Part shown: positions 48,265 to 55,651 of the stretch, piece by piece | How positions within the stretch are numbered: the stretch's first letter is position 1 | Layout: each line of letters opens with the position of its first letter | From: an uncultured delta proteobacterium | GTDB lineage: Bacteria; Myxococcota_A; UBA9160; SMWR01 | NCBI GenBank assembly: GCA_963832165.1 | Contig: CAWHTE010000004.1 | Coordinates: 384,001-448,000 of the forward strand | Direction of reading: 5' to 3' | DNA: 64,000 nt | Position numbers and translations under genes: made by a program | Notes under the pieces: model-generated | Told to the model about the DNA's origin: nothing | Databases searched by the model: none | The model's input: the letters and a program-made list of their open reading frames with translations, nothing else

Positions 48265-49239
48265 GTGGACTTCCAGCTCAACGAAGATCAGGTGGCGCTG
48301 CGCGCCGGGATCCGGTCATTCTGCGACGGCCGCTTGTCGCTCGACGCGCTGCGCGAGCTCGAGAAGCAGGGCTTCGACCGCGCGCTCTGGGGCGAGCTCG
48401 CCGAGATGGGCGTGTTCGCGCTGCGCCAAAGCGAAGACGCGGGCGGCGTGGGACTCGGCACGGCGGACGCCGTGATCGTGTTCGCGGAGCTGGGTCGGTG
48501 TCTCGCGCCCGGACCGCTCGTGTGGAGTCACCTCGCGGCCGACCTCGTGCCCGGTGCGGGCGCAGGGGAGGTGGTGGTCGGCGGTGTCGAGCAGCTCGCG
48601 GGCAGCGATCTCGTGCTCGTCGAGCACCTCGAGCAGCTCGACGCACTTCTCGTGCTCCGGCGCGACGGCGTGTATCGCGTGGACCCGAAGACGCTCTCGG
48701 CGCGCTCGACCGGCACGCCGCTCGACCCGTTCACGCCGATCTTCCAGGTCGATTCGCTGCCGAAGGGTGACCGGATCGCCGACGCCGCGGCCGGCGCGAA
48801 GCTGCGCCTCGAAGGTGCGGCACTCGCGGCGGGGCTCCTGTTCGGGATCGCCGAGCGCACGCAGGAGCTCGCCACCGAGTACGCGAGGAAGCGCGAGCAG
48901 TTCGACCGCCCGATCGGGAGCTTCCAGGCGATCAAGCACATCCTCGCCGATTGCTACACGCGCCAGGAGATCGCGCGCGCGGCTGCCTACGCGGCCGGCG
49001 GGACGCTCGACGATCCGGAGGTCGGATCGGCGGCGCGCGCCGTGGCCACCGCGAAGGTGATCGCAGGCGACGCCGCGATGAAGAACGCGCGCGCGTGCAT
49101 CCAGGTGCACGGCGGCATGGGATATACCTGGGAGATCCCGGCCCACTTCTATCTGAAGCGCGTGTGGGTGCTCGAGAACGCGTTCGGCGACGGCGCCGAG
49201 CACGCCGAGCAGCTGGCGGAGATCATCGCCGCGGAATAG
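48265..49239 (+). CDS. Acyl-CoA dehydrogenase (short beta subunit)
   Basis: DFQLNEDQ, ELGR.LAPGP, REQFDRPIGSFQAIKH, QVHGGMGYTWE. Confidence 0.9.
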   Translation: MDFQLNEDQVALRAGIRSFCDGRLSLDALRELEKQGFDRALWGELAEMGVFALRQSEDAGGVGLGTADAVIVFAELGRCLAPGPLVWSHLAADLVPGAGAGEVVVGGVEQLAGSDLVLVEHLEQLDALLVLRRDGVYRVDPKTLSARSTGTPLDPFTPIFQVDSLPKGDRIADAAAGAKLRLEGAALAAGLLFGIAERTQELATEYARKREQFDRPIGSFQAIKHILADCYTRQEIARAAAYAAGGTLDDPEVGSAARAVATAKVIAGDAAMKNARACIQVHGGMGYTWEIPAHFYLKRVWVLENAFGDGAEHAEQLAEIIAAE

Positions 49240-49254
49240 GGAGGTTTGCGAGTC

Positions 49255-50193
49255 ATGGGCATCCTCGAGGGCAAGGCCGCCATCGTGACGGGCGGCGGGC
49301 GCGGCGTCGGCCGCGGCGAGTGTCTCCACCTGGCGGCGCAGGGCGCGGGCGTGGTGGTGAACGACGTCGACAGCGAAGAAGCGCTGAAGGTCGTGGGCGA
49401 GATCCGCGGCGCGGGCGGCCGCGCCGTCGCGAGCAGCGCCGACATCGGTACGCGCAAGGGCGCGCAGGAGCTCGTCACCCAGTGCGTCGACGAGTTCGGC
49501 GGGATCCACGCCGTGGTGAACAACGCGGGCATCGTGCGCGACAAGAGCTTCCTCAAGATGACCGACGAGGAGTGGGAGCTCGTGCTGCGGATCCACGCGG
49601 GCGGCACGTTCTGGTGCGCGCAGGAGGGCGCGCTGCGCATGCGCGACCAGGGGACCGGCGGCGCGATCGTGAACACGGTGTCGGCGGCGCAGATGGGCAA
49701 CTTCGGCCAGACCAACTACGGCGCCGCGAAGGGCGCGATCGCGTCGATGACCTACACGTGGGCGAACGAGCTCGCCCGCTACGGGATCCGCGTGAACGCG
49801 ATCAGCCCGATGGCCACGACGCGCATGTCGGCCACGTTCAAGGGCGCCGATGGCAAGCCGGCCGCCGATGCGCCGTTCTTCGATCCCAACCTGAACGGGC
49901 CGTTCGTCGCGTATCTGTGCAGCGACGAAGCGAGCTGGATCACGGGGCAGGTGTTCGGCACCGGCGCCGAGCGCGTGGTGATCATGAAGCACCCCACGTA
50001 CGACACGGGCATGTTCCAGCCGGGCGGGTGGGACGTCGAGTCGCTGCGCGATCACATGCCGAAATTCTGGAAGGGCCGGCTCGAGCCCGTGGGTCTGTAC
50101 AAGAAGCCCTATCCCTATTACGACGGTGTGAAGTCGGACGCAAGTTTCGCGCAGCGAGCCGAAGGCGAGCGAAGTCCATCAGGTGGGAGCTAG
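49255..50193 (+). CDS. SDR oxidoreductase (3-hydroxyacyl-CoA dehydrogenase-like)
   Basis: TGGGRGVG, VVNNAGIVRD, GNFGQTNYGAAK. Confidence 0.9.
   Translation: MGILEGKAAIVTGGGRGVGRGECLHLAAQGAGVVVNDVDSEEALKVVGEIRGAGGRAVASSADIGTRKGAQELVTQCVDEFGGIHAVVNNAGIVRDKSFLKMTDEEWELVLRIHAGGTFWCAQEGALRMRDQGTGGAIVNTVSAAQMGNFGQTNYGAAKGAIASMTYTWANELARYGIRVNAISPMATTRMSATFKGADGKPAADAPFFDPNLNGPFVAYLCSDEASWITGQVFGTGAERVVIMKHPTYDTGMFQPGGWDVESLRDHMPKFWKGRLEPVGLYKKPYPYYDGVKSDASFAQRAEGERSPSGGS
50148..50187 (+). repeat. Junction repeat copy 3, translated as part of the SDR C-terminus (AQRAEGERSPSGG)
   Basis: GCGCAGCGAGCCGAAGGCGAGCGAAG-TCCATCA-GGTGG. Confidence 0.8.
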
Positions 50194-50196
50194 TCG

Positions 50197-50997
50197 ATGG
50201 CATTCACCACGCTGCTCTATGAGAAGGCCGACGGAGTCGCCACGCTCACCCTGAACCGCCCCGAGCGCCACAACGCGTTCAACACCGCGATGGCGCACGA
50301 GCTTCACGACGCGTGGACGCAGATCAAGGCCGATCCCGAAGTGGTATGCGTGATCGTCACGGGTGCGGGCGACAAGGCGTTCTGCACCGGGTTCGACGTG
50401 GCCGAGGTCGCGTCGGGGGGCACGGCGGGAGCGCCCGATCTCCCGTACGAGGAATCGCCGCTGATCAAGCTCACGGCGATCCACAACCGCTGCTGGAAGC
50501 CCGTGATCACGGCCGTGAACGGCATGGTGAACGGCGGCGGGCTGCACTTCCTCGCCGACAGCGACCTGATCCTGGCGGCCGAGCACGCCACGTTCTTCGA
50601 CACGCACGTGAAGGTCGGCCTGCTCTCTGCGCTCGAGCCGGTGGGCCTCGCGCGGCGGATTCCGCTCGAGGCGGTGCTGCGCATGTCGCTCCTGGGCGGG
50701 TCCGAGCGCATGACGTCGGCCGAGGCGAAGCAGCTCGGGCTGGTCGGAGAGGTGCTGCCGCTGCCGGATCTCCTGCCGCGCGCGCGCGAGCTCGCCGCGA
50801 AGATCGCGCAGCACTCGCCCTCGGCACTCGCGCGCACCAAGCGCGTGATCTGGGAGAGCCTCGACCGCGGTCTGCACGATGGCCTGCGGAACGCGTGGAG
50901 CATCATCGCCGAGCACACGAAGGGGCCCGACACGAGAGAGGGCGCAACCGCGTTCGTGGAGAAACGGAAGCCGCGCTGGGCGCCGTACACGGAGTAG
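50197..50997 (+). CDS. Enoyl-CoA hydratase/isomerase
   Basis: LTLNRPERHNA, AFCTGFD, KPVITAVNG...GGG, AFVEKRKP.W. Confidence 0.9.
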   Translation: MAFTTLLYEKADGVATLTLNRPERHNAFNTAMAHELHDAWTQIKADPEVVCVIVTGAGDKAFCTGFDVAEVASGGTAGAPDLPYEESPLIKLTAIHNRCWKPVITAVNGMVNGGGLHFLADSDLILAAEHATFFDTHVKVGLLSALEPVGLARRIPLEAVLRMSLLGGSERMTSAEAKQLGLVGEVLPLPDLLPRARELAAKIAQHSPSALARTKRVIWESLDRGLHDGLRNAWSIIAEHTKGPDTREGATAFVEKRKPRWAPYTE

Positions 50998-51001
50998 CGC
51001 G

Positions 51002-51751
51002 GTGTACGAGACGATTCTCTACGCGGTCGAAGATCGGATCGCGACGATCACGCTGAACCGGCCCGAGAAGCGCAACGCCTACGTGCCGCAGATGGGCGAG
51101 GACGTGGTGGCCGCATTCCGCGCAGCGCGCGAGGACGATGGGGTACGCGCCGTGATCCTGACCGGCGCGGGACAGGGCTTCTGTGCCGGCGTCGATCTCG
51201 ACGCGCTCAAGGCGATGCAGGCAGGTCAGAGCACGGGGAAGGGGCCGAAGCTCGGCGAAGAGGCGTTCGTGACGAGCTTCCCGCTCGAGCTGCTCTCCTA
51301 CCCGAAGCCCGTGATCGCCGCGATCAACGGCGCCGCGATCGGTGTGGGCGTGACGATGGTGCTCCCGTGCGACATCCGGATCGCGTCCGAGCGCGCGAAG
51401 CTCGGCGTCCCGTTCACGAAGCTCGGGATCCTGCCCGGGCTCGGCAGCAGCTACCTGCTCTCGAAGCTGGTCGGGCTCGGCCGCGCGCAGGAGCTCGTGC
51501 TCACCTCGCGCGTGATCGAGGCCCCCGAGGCGCTCGCGATCGGCCTCGTGAGCCGGGTGGTATCCGGCGACGCGCTGATCGCGACCGCGCGTGAGATCGC
51601 GCAGCAGACGATCGCGTGCGATCCGGATGCGCTCGCGGTCGCGAAGCAGACGCTGCACGCGAGCGCGACCGTCGCGATGGCCGAGGCGATGAAGAACGAG
51701 CGCGCCGCGAACGCGGAGCTGCGCGAGCGCAAGGCGAAGCGCAACGGTTAG
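51002..51751 (+). CDS. Enoyl-CoA hydratase/isomerase
   Basis: ITLNRPEKRNA, FCAGVDL, PKPVIAAING.AIGVG, CDIRIAS. Confidence 0.9.
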   Translation: MYETILYAVEDRIATITLNRPEKRNAYVPQMGEDVVAAFRAAREDDGVRAVILTGAGQGFCAGVDLDALKAMQAGQSTGKGPKLGEEAFVTSFPLELLSYPKPVIAAINGAAIGVGVTMVLPCDIRIASERAKLGVPFTKLGILPGLGSSYLLSKLVGLGRAQELVLTSRVIEAPEALAIGLVSRVVSGDALIATAREIAQQTIACDPDALAVAKQTLHASATVAMAEAMKNERAANAELRERKAKRNG

Positions 51752-51752
51752 G
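51696..51752 (+). repeat. 57-bp direct repeat, copy A (3' end of the enoyl-CoA hydratase gene)
   Basis: 48 of 57 identical, ungapped, to 52717-52773. Confidence 0.85.
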
Positions 51753-51758
51753 CGCTCG

Positions 51759-52772
51759 ATGATTCACTACTGCAGATTGCTGCTCGCGTTCGTTCTGGTT
51801 GCCGCGTCGGCGAGTCCGGTCGGATCGGTGGAGATCGATTGGGTGGCGATCTCGCATCCGGGCAACCCCGCCGATGACACGGGCTTCGGTGCGGTGCCCG
51901 ACACGTTCCTGATCGGCAGAACCGAGGTGACGGTCGCCCAGTACACGGACTTCCTGAACGCCGTGGCGGACAGCGACCCGGGCCAGTTGTGGGACTTCGC
52001 GGTCGGTGTCACGCGCACAGGGAGCGACGGGGGCTACCAGTACTCGGTGCCCGCTGGGAAGGGCGCCCGTCCGATCGCGAACATCAGCTTCTGGAGGGCT
52101 GCTCGCTTCGCCAACTGGCTCCACAACGGCGAGCCGACGGGTCCGCAGAACAATGCGACCACGGAGGACGGCGCCTACACGCTCACGCCCACGGGCATCT
52201 CGGAGAACAGCGTCACGCGCAACCCGGGCGCCGGGTACTGGGTTCCGAGCCACGACGAGTGGTACAAGGCGGCCTACTACAACGGCCCCCAGAGCATCTA
52301 CTACGACTATCCGGCGAGCTCCGACGCGGTGACCTCATGCTCGACCGTCACCTCCGCTCCGAACAGCGCCAACTGCGACTTCCACTACTTCGAAGGAGTG
52401 GACGTGGCCAGCTACACGGGCTCGCCGAGCCCCAATGGCACCTTCGACCAGGGCGGAAACCTGGAGGAGTGGACCGACACGATCCTCGACGTGGATTTGA
52501 GAGTGCTTCGCGGTGGAGCCTTCGCCGGCGATGCCGAGTCGTTCCTCGCCGCCGACGCCCCCAGCTACGGGGTGCCTCAGCAGACCGGCACCAACGTCGG
52601 ATTCCGCGTCGCGGCGCAGCTTCCGGAGCCGTCCTTGGCCGTGCTGCTGTCGGCCGGCACAGCGGCAGTCGCAGCGCTGCGCCGGCGCAGGGTCCGGCAC
52701 CGAGGCAAGATCGATGACGAGCGCGCCGCGGACGCCGAGCTGCGGGAGCTCAAGGCGCCGCGGAAGGGGTAG
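51759..52772 (+). CDS. FGE-sulfatase (SUMF1/EgtB/PvdO)-fold PEP-CTERM protein
   Basis: Signal peptide; IGRTEVTVAQY..FLN, PS.DEWYKAAY, GTFDQGGNL.EW, RGG.F, GFRVA, LPEPS + TM + RRRR, then an unusual extra tail. Confidence 0.88.
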   Translation: MIHYCRLLLAFVLVAASASPVGSVEIDWVAISHPGNPADDTGFGAVPDTFLIGRTEVTVAQYTDFLNAVADSDPGQLWDFAVGVTRTGSDGGYQYSVPAGKGARPIANISFWRAARFANWLHNGEPTGPQNNATTEDGAYTLTPTGISENSVTRNPGAGYWVPSHDEWYKAAYYNGPQSIYYDYPASSDAVTSCSTVTSAPNSANCDFHYFEGVDVASYTGSPSPNGTFDQGGNLEEWTDTILDVDLRVLRGGAFAGDAESFLAADAPSYGVPQQTGTNVGFRVAAQLPEPSLAVLLSAGTAAVAALRRRRVRHRGKIDDERAADAELRELKAPRKG

Positions 52773-52773
52773 G
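52717..52773 (+). repeat. 57-bp direct repeat, copy B (forms the tail of the PEP-CTERM gene)
   Basis: Encodes ERAADAELRELKAPRKG-stop, versus ERAANAELRERKAKRNG-stop in copy A. Confidence 0.85.
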
Positions 52774-52798
52774 GAGGGGCGGAAGCGGCTGATCTCCG

Positions 52799-53461
52799 TC
52801 AGCCCCGGCGCCGCGGAGTGCAGGCCAGCAACGCGAGTCCAGCCGCAATCAGCGGCAGCGAGCCGGGCTCGGGCAGAGCGGTGACGTTGTCGACGCCCAG
52901 CGTCGCGATCACCGCGTTCGACTGGCCCGGCGTACTGATCGGATCGGGGTCGTGGCGCAGCAGCACGCGCGTGACGCCGGCGAGCGTCTGCGCGAGCGTG
53001 CCTGGGCAGTCCTGGGTACAGGTGAGGTCCGCTTCACCGAGCCCGAACTCGACCCACGTCCACCCGCTGCCGGCATCGAGCGCGAACTCGTTAGTCGTGA
53101 CGAACGTTCCTCCCGGGCCGAAGAGCGCGATCCGCAGTGCGACTAGTTCGGGTCCGTAGTTGTTCAGATCGAATCCGACCGCGAGCACCTCGGCCGCGAC
53201 GTAGTTTCCCGTCCACTGGGTCCTGTTGTTCGTGCCCAGAACGGGCACGGTGCCCAGAGGACCTTGTTGCGCCGTGAGCTTCAGGTAGCGGTCCCCCGCG
53301 CCGTCGGGCCCGCCGTCTGCGATGTTCGTCGGATCCGAGCCTCCGATCCAGTTCTGGGTGGTTCCATCCTGAAAATCGTCCATCTGCCCCTGGACGATGG
53401 CGGTGGCCGGTGAACCGGCCAGGATCCAGACGGAATAGAGCGAGATCAGCCGTTTGCGCAT
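52799..53461 (-). CDS. Secreted PEP-CTERM protein (beta-sandwich-like)
   Basis: Signal peptide ending ATA; DDFQDGTTQNW, GGPDGAGD.YL, WTGNY; LPEPG + TM + RRRG; TAGGAT 11 nt upstream of ATG. Confidence 0.82.
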   Translation of the reverse strand: MRKRLISLYSVWILAGSPATAIVQGQMDDFQDGTTQNWIGGSDPTNIADGGPDGAGDRYLKLTAQQGPLGTVPVLGTNNRTQWTGNYVAAEVLAVGFDLNNYGPELVALRIALFGPGGTFVTTNEFALDAGSGWTWVEFGLGEADLTCTQDCPGTLAQTLAGVTRVLLRHDPDPISTPGQSNAVIATLGVDNVTALPEPGSLPLIAAGLALLACTPRRRG

Positions 53462-53549
53462 CGCGGTATGCCATCCTACGACCCCGCAGCTGGCTCTATC
53501 AAGCTCGGTCGTCCGAGAGCGAGCCGCGATGCCGTAGCACGGAGTACCC

Positions 53550-54791
53550 ATGGACTTCACGATCCCCGACGAAATCCGGCGCAAGCTCGACGAGCTCGAC
53601 GAGTTCATCGAGCGCGAGATCGCGCCGCTCGAGCGCGAGCACATCCAGTACTTCGACCATCGCCGCGAGCACGCGCGCACGGACTGGGACAACGGCGGCC
53701 GACCGCGCCGGGAGTGGGAACAGCTCCTGCGCGAGATGCGCAGGCGCGCCGATGCTGCGGGCCACCTGCGCTACGGGCTGCCCAAGGAGCTGGGCGGGCA
53801 GGGCGGCTCGAACCTCGCGATGGCGATCATCCGCGAGCACCTCGCCGCCAAGGGCCTCGGGCTGCACAACGATCTCCAGAATGAGTCGTCGATCGTCGGC
53901 AACTACCCGGGCGTGATCATGATGCAGCGCTTCGGTCGCCCCGAGCAGAAGGAAGAGTTCCTCGAGGGCATGATCACGGGCACGCACCGCGTGGGCTTCG
54001 GGCTCACCGAGCCCGATCACGGCAGCGACGCCACCTGGCTCGAGACGCGCGCGGAACGCACGAGCGACGGCTGGGTGATCAACGGCAAGAAGCGCTTCAA
54101 CTCGGGCCTGCACAGCGCGAACTGGGACATGATCTTCGCGCGCACGAGCGGTGCGCCCGGCGAGGCCGAGGGGATCACGTGCTTGCTCGTGCCGACCGAT
54201 GCGCCGGGCTTCAGCGTCGACTTCATGTGGTGGACGTTCAACATGCCGAGCGATCACGCCGAGGTGTCGCTCGTCGATGTGCGCGTGCCCGAGAGCGCGG
54301 TGTTCGGCGAGGTGGGGCGCGGGCTCGCGCTCGCGAACACGTTCGTGCACGAGAACCGGATCCGGCAGGCGGCGTCGGGCGTGGGGGCGGCCCAGTACTG
54401 CATCGACGAGAGCGTGCGCTATGCGAAGGAGCGCATCGTGTTCGGCAAGCCGCTCTGGCACAACCAGGCGATCCAGTTTCCGCTCGCCGAGCTCCAGACC
54501 GAGTGCGAGATGGTGCGCCAGCTCGTCTACAAGACGGCATGGCAGCTCGACCGCGGTCACGCGATGGACGTGACGGACAAGGTGTCGATGTGCAACTACC
54601 GCGCGAATCGGCTCGTGTGCGAGGCAGCCGATCAGGCGATCCAGACGCACGGCGGCATCGGATACACGCGCCACAAGCCGTTCGAGCACATCTACCGCCA
54701 CCACCGGCGCTATCGGATCACCGAGGGGTCCGAGGAGATCCAGATCCGCCGCGTCGCGGGCGTGATGTTCGGAAAGCGGGCGAAGCGCTAG
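53550..54791 (+). CDS. Acyl-CoA dehydrogenase
   Basis: FGLTEPDHGSDA, NGKKRF, RIVFGKPL..NQAIQF, HGGIGY, YRITEGSEEIQ. Confidence 0.92.
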   Translation: MDFTIPDEIRRKLDELDEFIEREIAPLEREHIQYFDHRREHARTDWDNGGRPRREWEQLLREMRRRADAAGHLRYGLPKELGGQGGSNLAMAIIREHLAAKGLGLHNDLQNESSIVGNYPGVIMMQRFGRPEQKEEFLEGMITGTHRVGFGLTEPDHGSDATWLETRAERTSDGWVINGKKRFNSGLHSANWDMIFARTSGAPGEAEGITCLLVPTDAPGFSVDFMWWTFNMPSDHAEVSLVDVRVPESAVFGEVGRGLALANTFVHENRIRQAASGVGAAQYCIDESVRYAKERIVFGKPLWHNQAIQFPLAELQTECEMVRQLVYKTAWQLDRGHAMDVTDKVSMCNYRANRLVCEAADQAIQTHGGIGYTRHKPFEHIYRHHRRYRITEGSEEIQIRRVAGVMFGKRAKR

Positions 54792-54795
54792 GCGC

Positions 54796-55626
54796 ATGCA
54801 GCTCGGCGTCGCCGTCCGCAGCATGGGTCCGCAATCGCAACCGGACACTCTGCTCGCGTGCGTGCGCGCGGCCGAGCAGGCAGGGCTCGCCGACGTCTGG
54901 GTGCAGGATCACATCGCGATCCCTCCCGACGATGCCGAGGGTTCGGGAGGCCGCTATCTCGATCCGCTCACGGCGCTGGCCTGGCTCGCAGGCCAGACGA
55001 CGCGGATCGGCCTCGGCACGGGCGTGCTCAACCTGCCGTACCGCCCCGCGCTTCCGACGGCGAAGGCGATCGCGACCGTGCAGGAGCTCTCCGCGGGTCG
55101 GTTCCGGCTCGGCGTAGGCGTGGGTTGGATGGAGGCCGAGTTTCGCGCGCTCGGCGTGCCGCGCGCCCAGCGCGGTCGCAGCGCAGACGAGACGCTCGCG
55201 TTCGTGCACGCGTGCTTCACGGGCGACGTGGTGAACGCGCACGGCCAGGACTTCCTGTTCCTGCCGCGGCCGCCGCGCCCGCCGATCTACGTGGGTGGAT
55301 CCGGCGATCACGCGCTGCGGCGCGTGGTCCGCTTCGGCGACGGCTGGATGCCGATGACAGGCGATCCCGCGAAGCTCGCTCCGGGTGTCGCGCGATTGCG
55401 CGAGCTCGCGGCCGAGGCCGGGCGCGCGATGCCCGAGGTGATCGCGTTCACGGGCTTCGATCCTCGCGAGCCCGGACGTGTGCCCGACCAGGTGGGCGCG
55501 CTCGCAGCGGCCGGCGCGACGCGGCTCGTCGCGGGCGCGCGCTATGCGACCGCCGACGAGTTCGCGCGCCACGTCGGGTTCCTGGCCGAGTGCGTGGTGC
55601 CCGCGCTGCCTCGGCGTCAGGGGTGA
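54796..55626 (+). CDS. LLM-class oxidoreductase (probably F420-dependent)
   Basis: WVQDHIAIP, LDPL..LAWLAG.T.RI.LGTGV..LPYR, GVGVGW...EF, GDGWMP. Confidence 0.88.
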   Translation: MQLGVAVRSMGPQSQPDTLLACVRAAEQAGLADVWVQDHIAIPPDDAEGSGGRYLDPLTALAWLAGQTTRIGLGTGVLNLPYRPALPTAKAIATVQELSAGRFRLGVGVGWMEAEFRALGVPRAQRGRSADETLAFVHACFTGDVVNAHGQDFLFLPRPPRPPIYVGGSGDHALRRVVRFGDGWMPMTGDPAKLAPGVARLRELAAEAGRAMPEVIAFTGFDPREPGRVPDQVGALAAAGATRLVAGARYATADEFARHVGFLAECVVPALPRRQG

Positions 55627-55651
55627 GAATCAGCTAGCAGCACCCTCCGAA

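Noticed and set aside
51759..52772. FGE-fold protein as a diversity-generating retroelement target
   Set aside because: No reverse transcriptase in the window; the nearby 57-bp repeat lies outside the lectin-fold variable region and its mismatches are not adenine-specific
51759..52772. FGE-fold protein as the activator of the sulfatase at 4147
   Set aside because: It lacks the catalytic Cys pair after RGG, is surface-sorted, and the sulfatase lacks the (C/S)xPxR target motif
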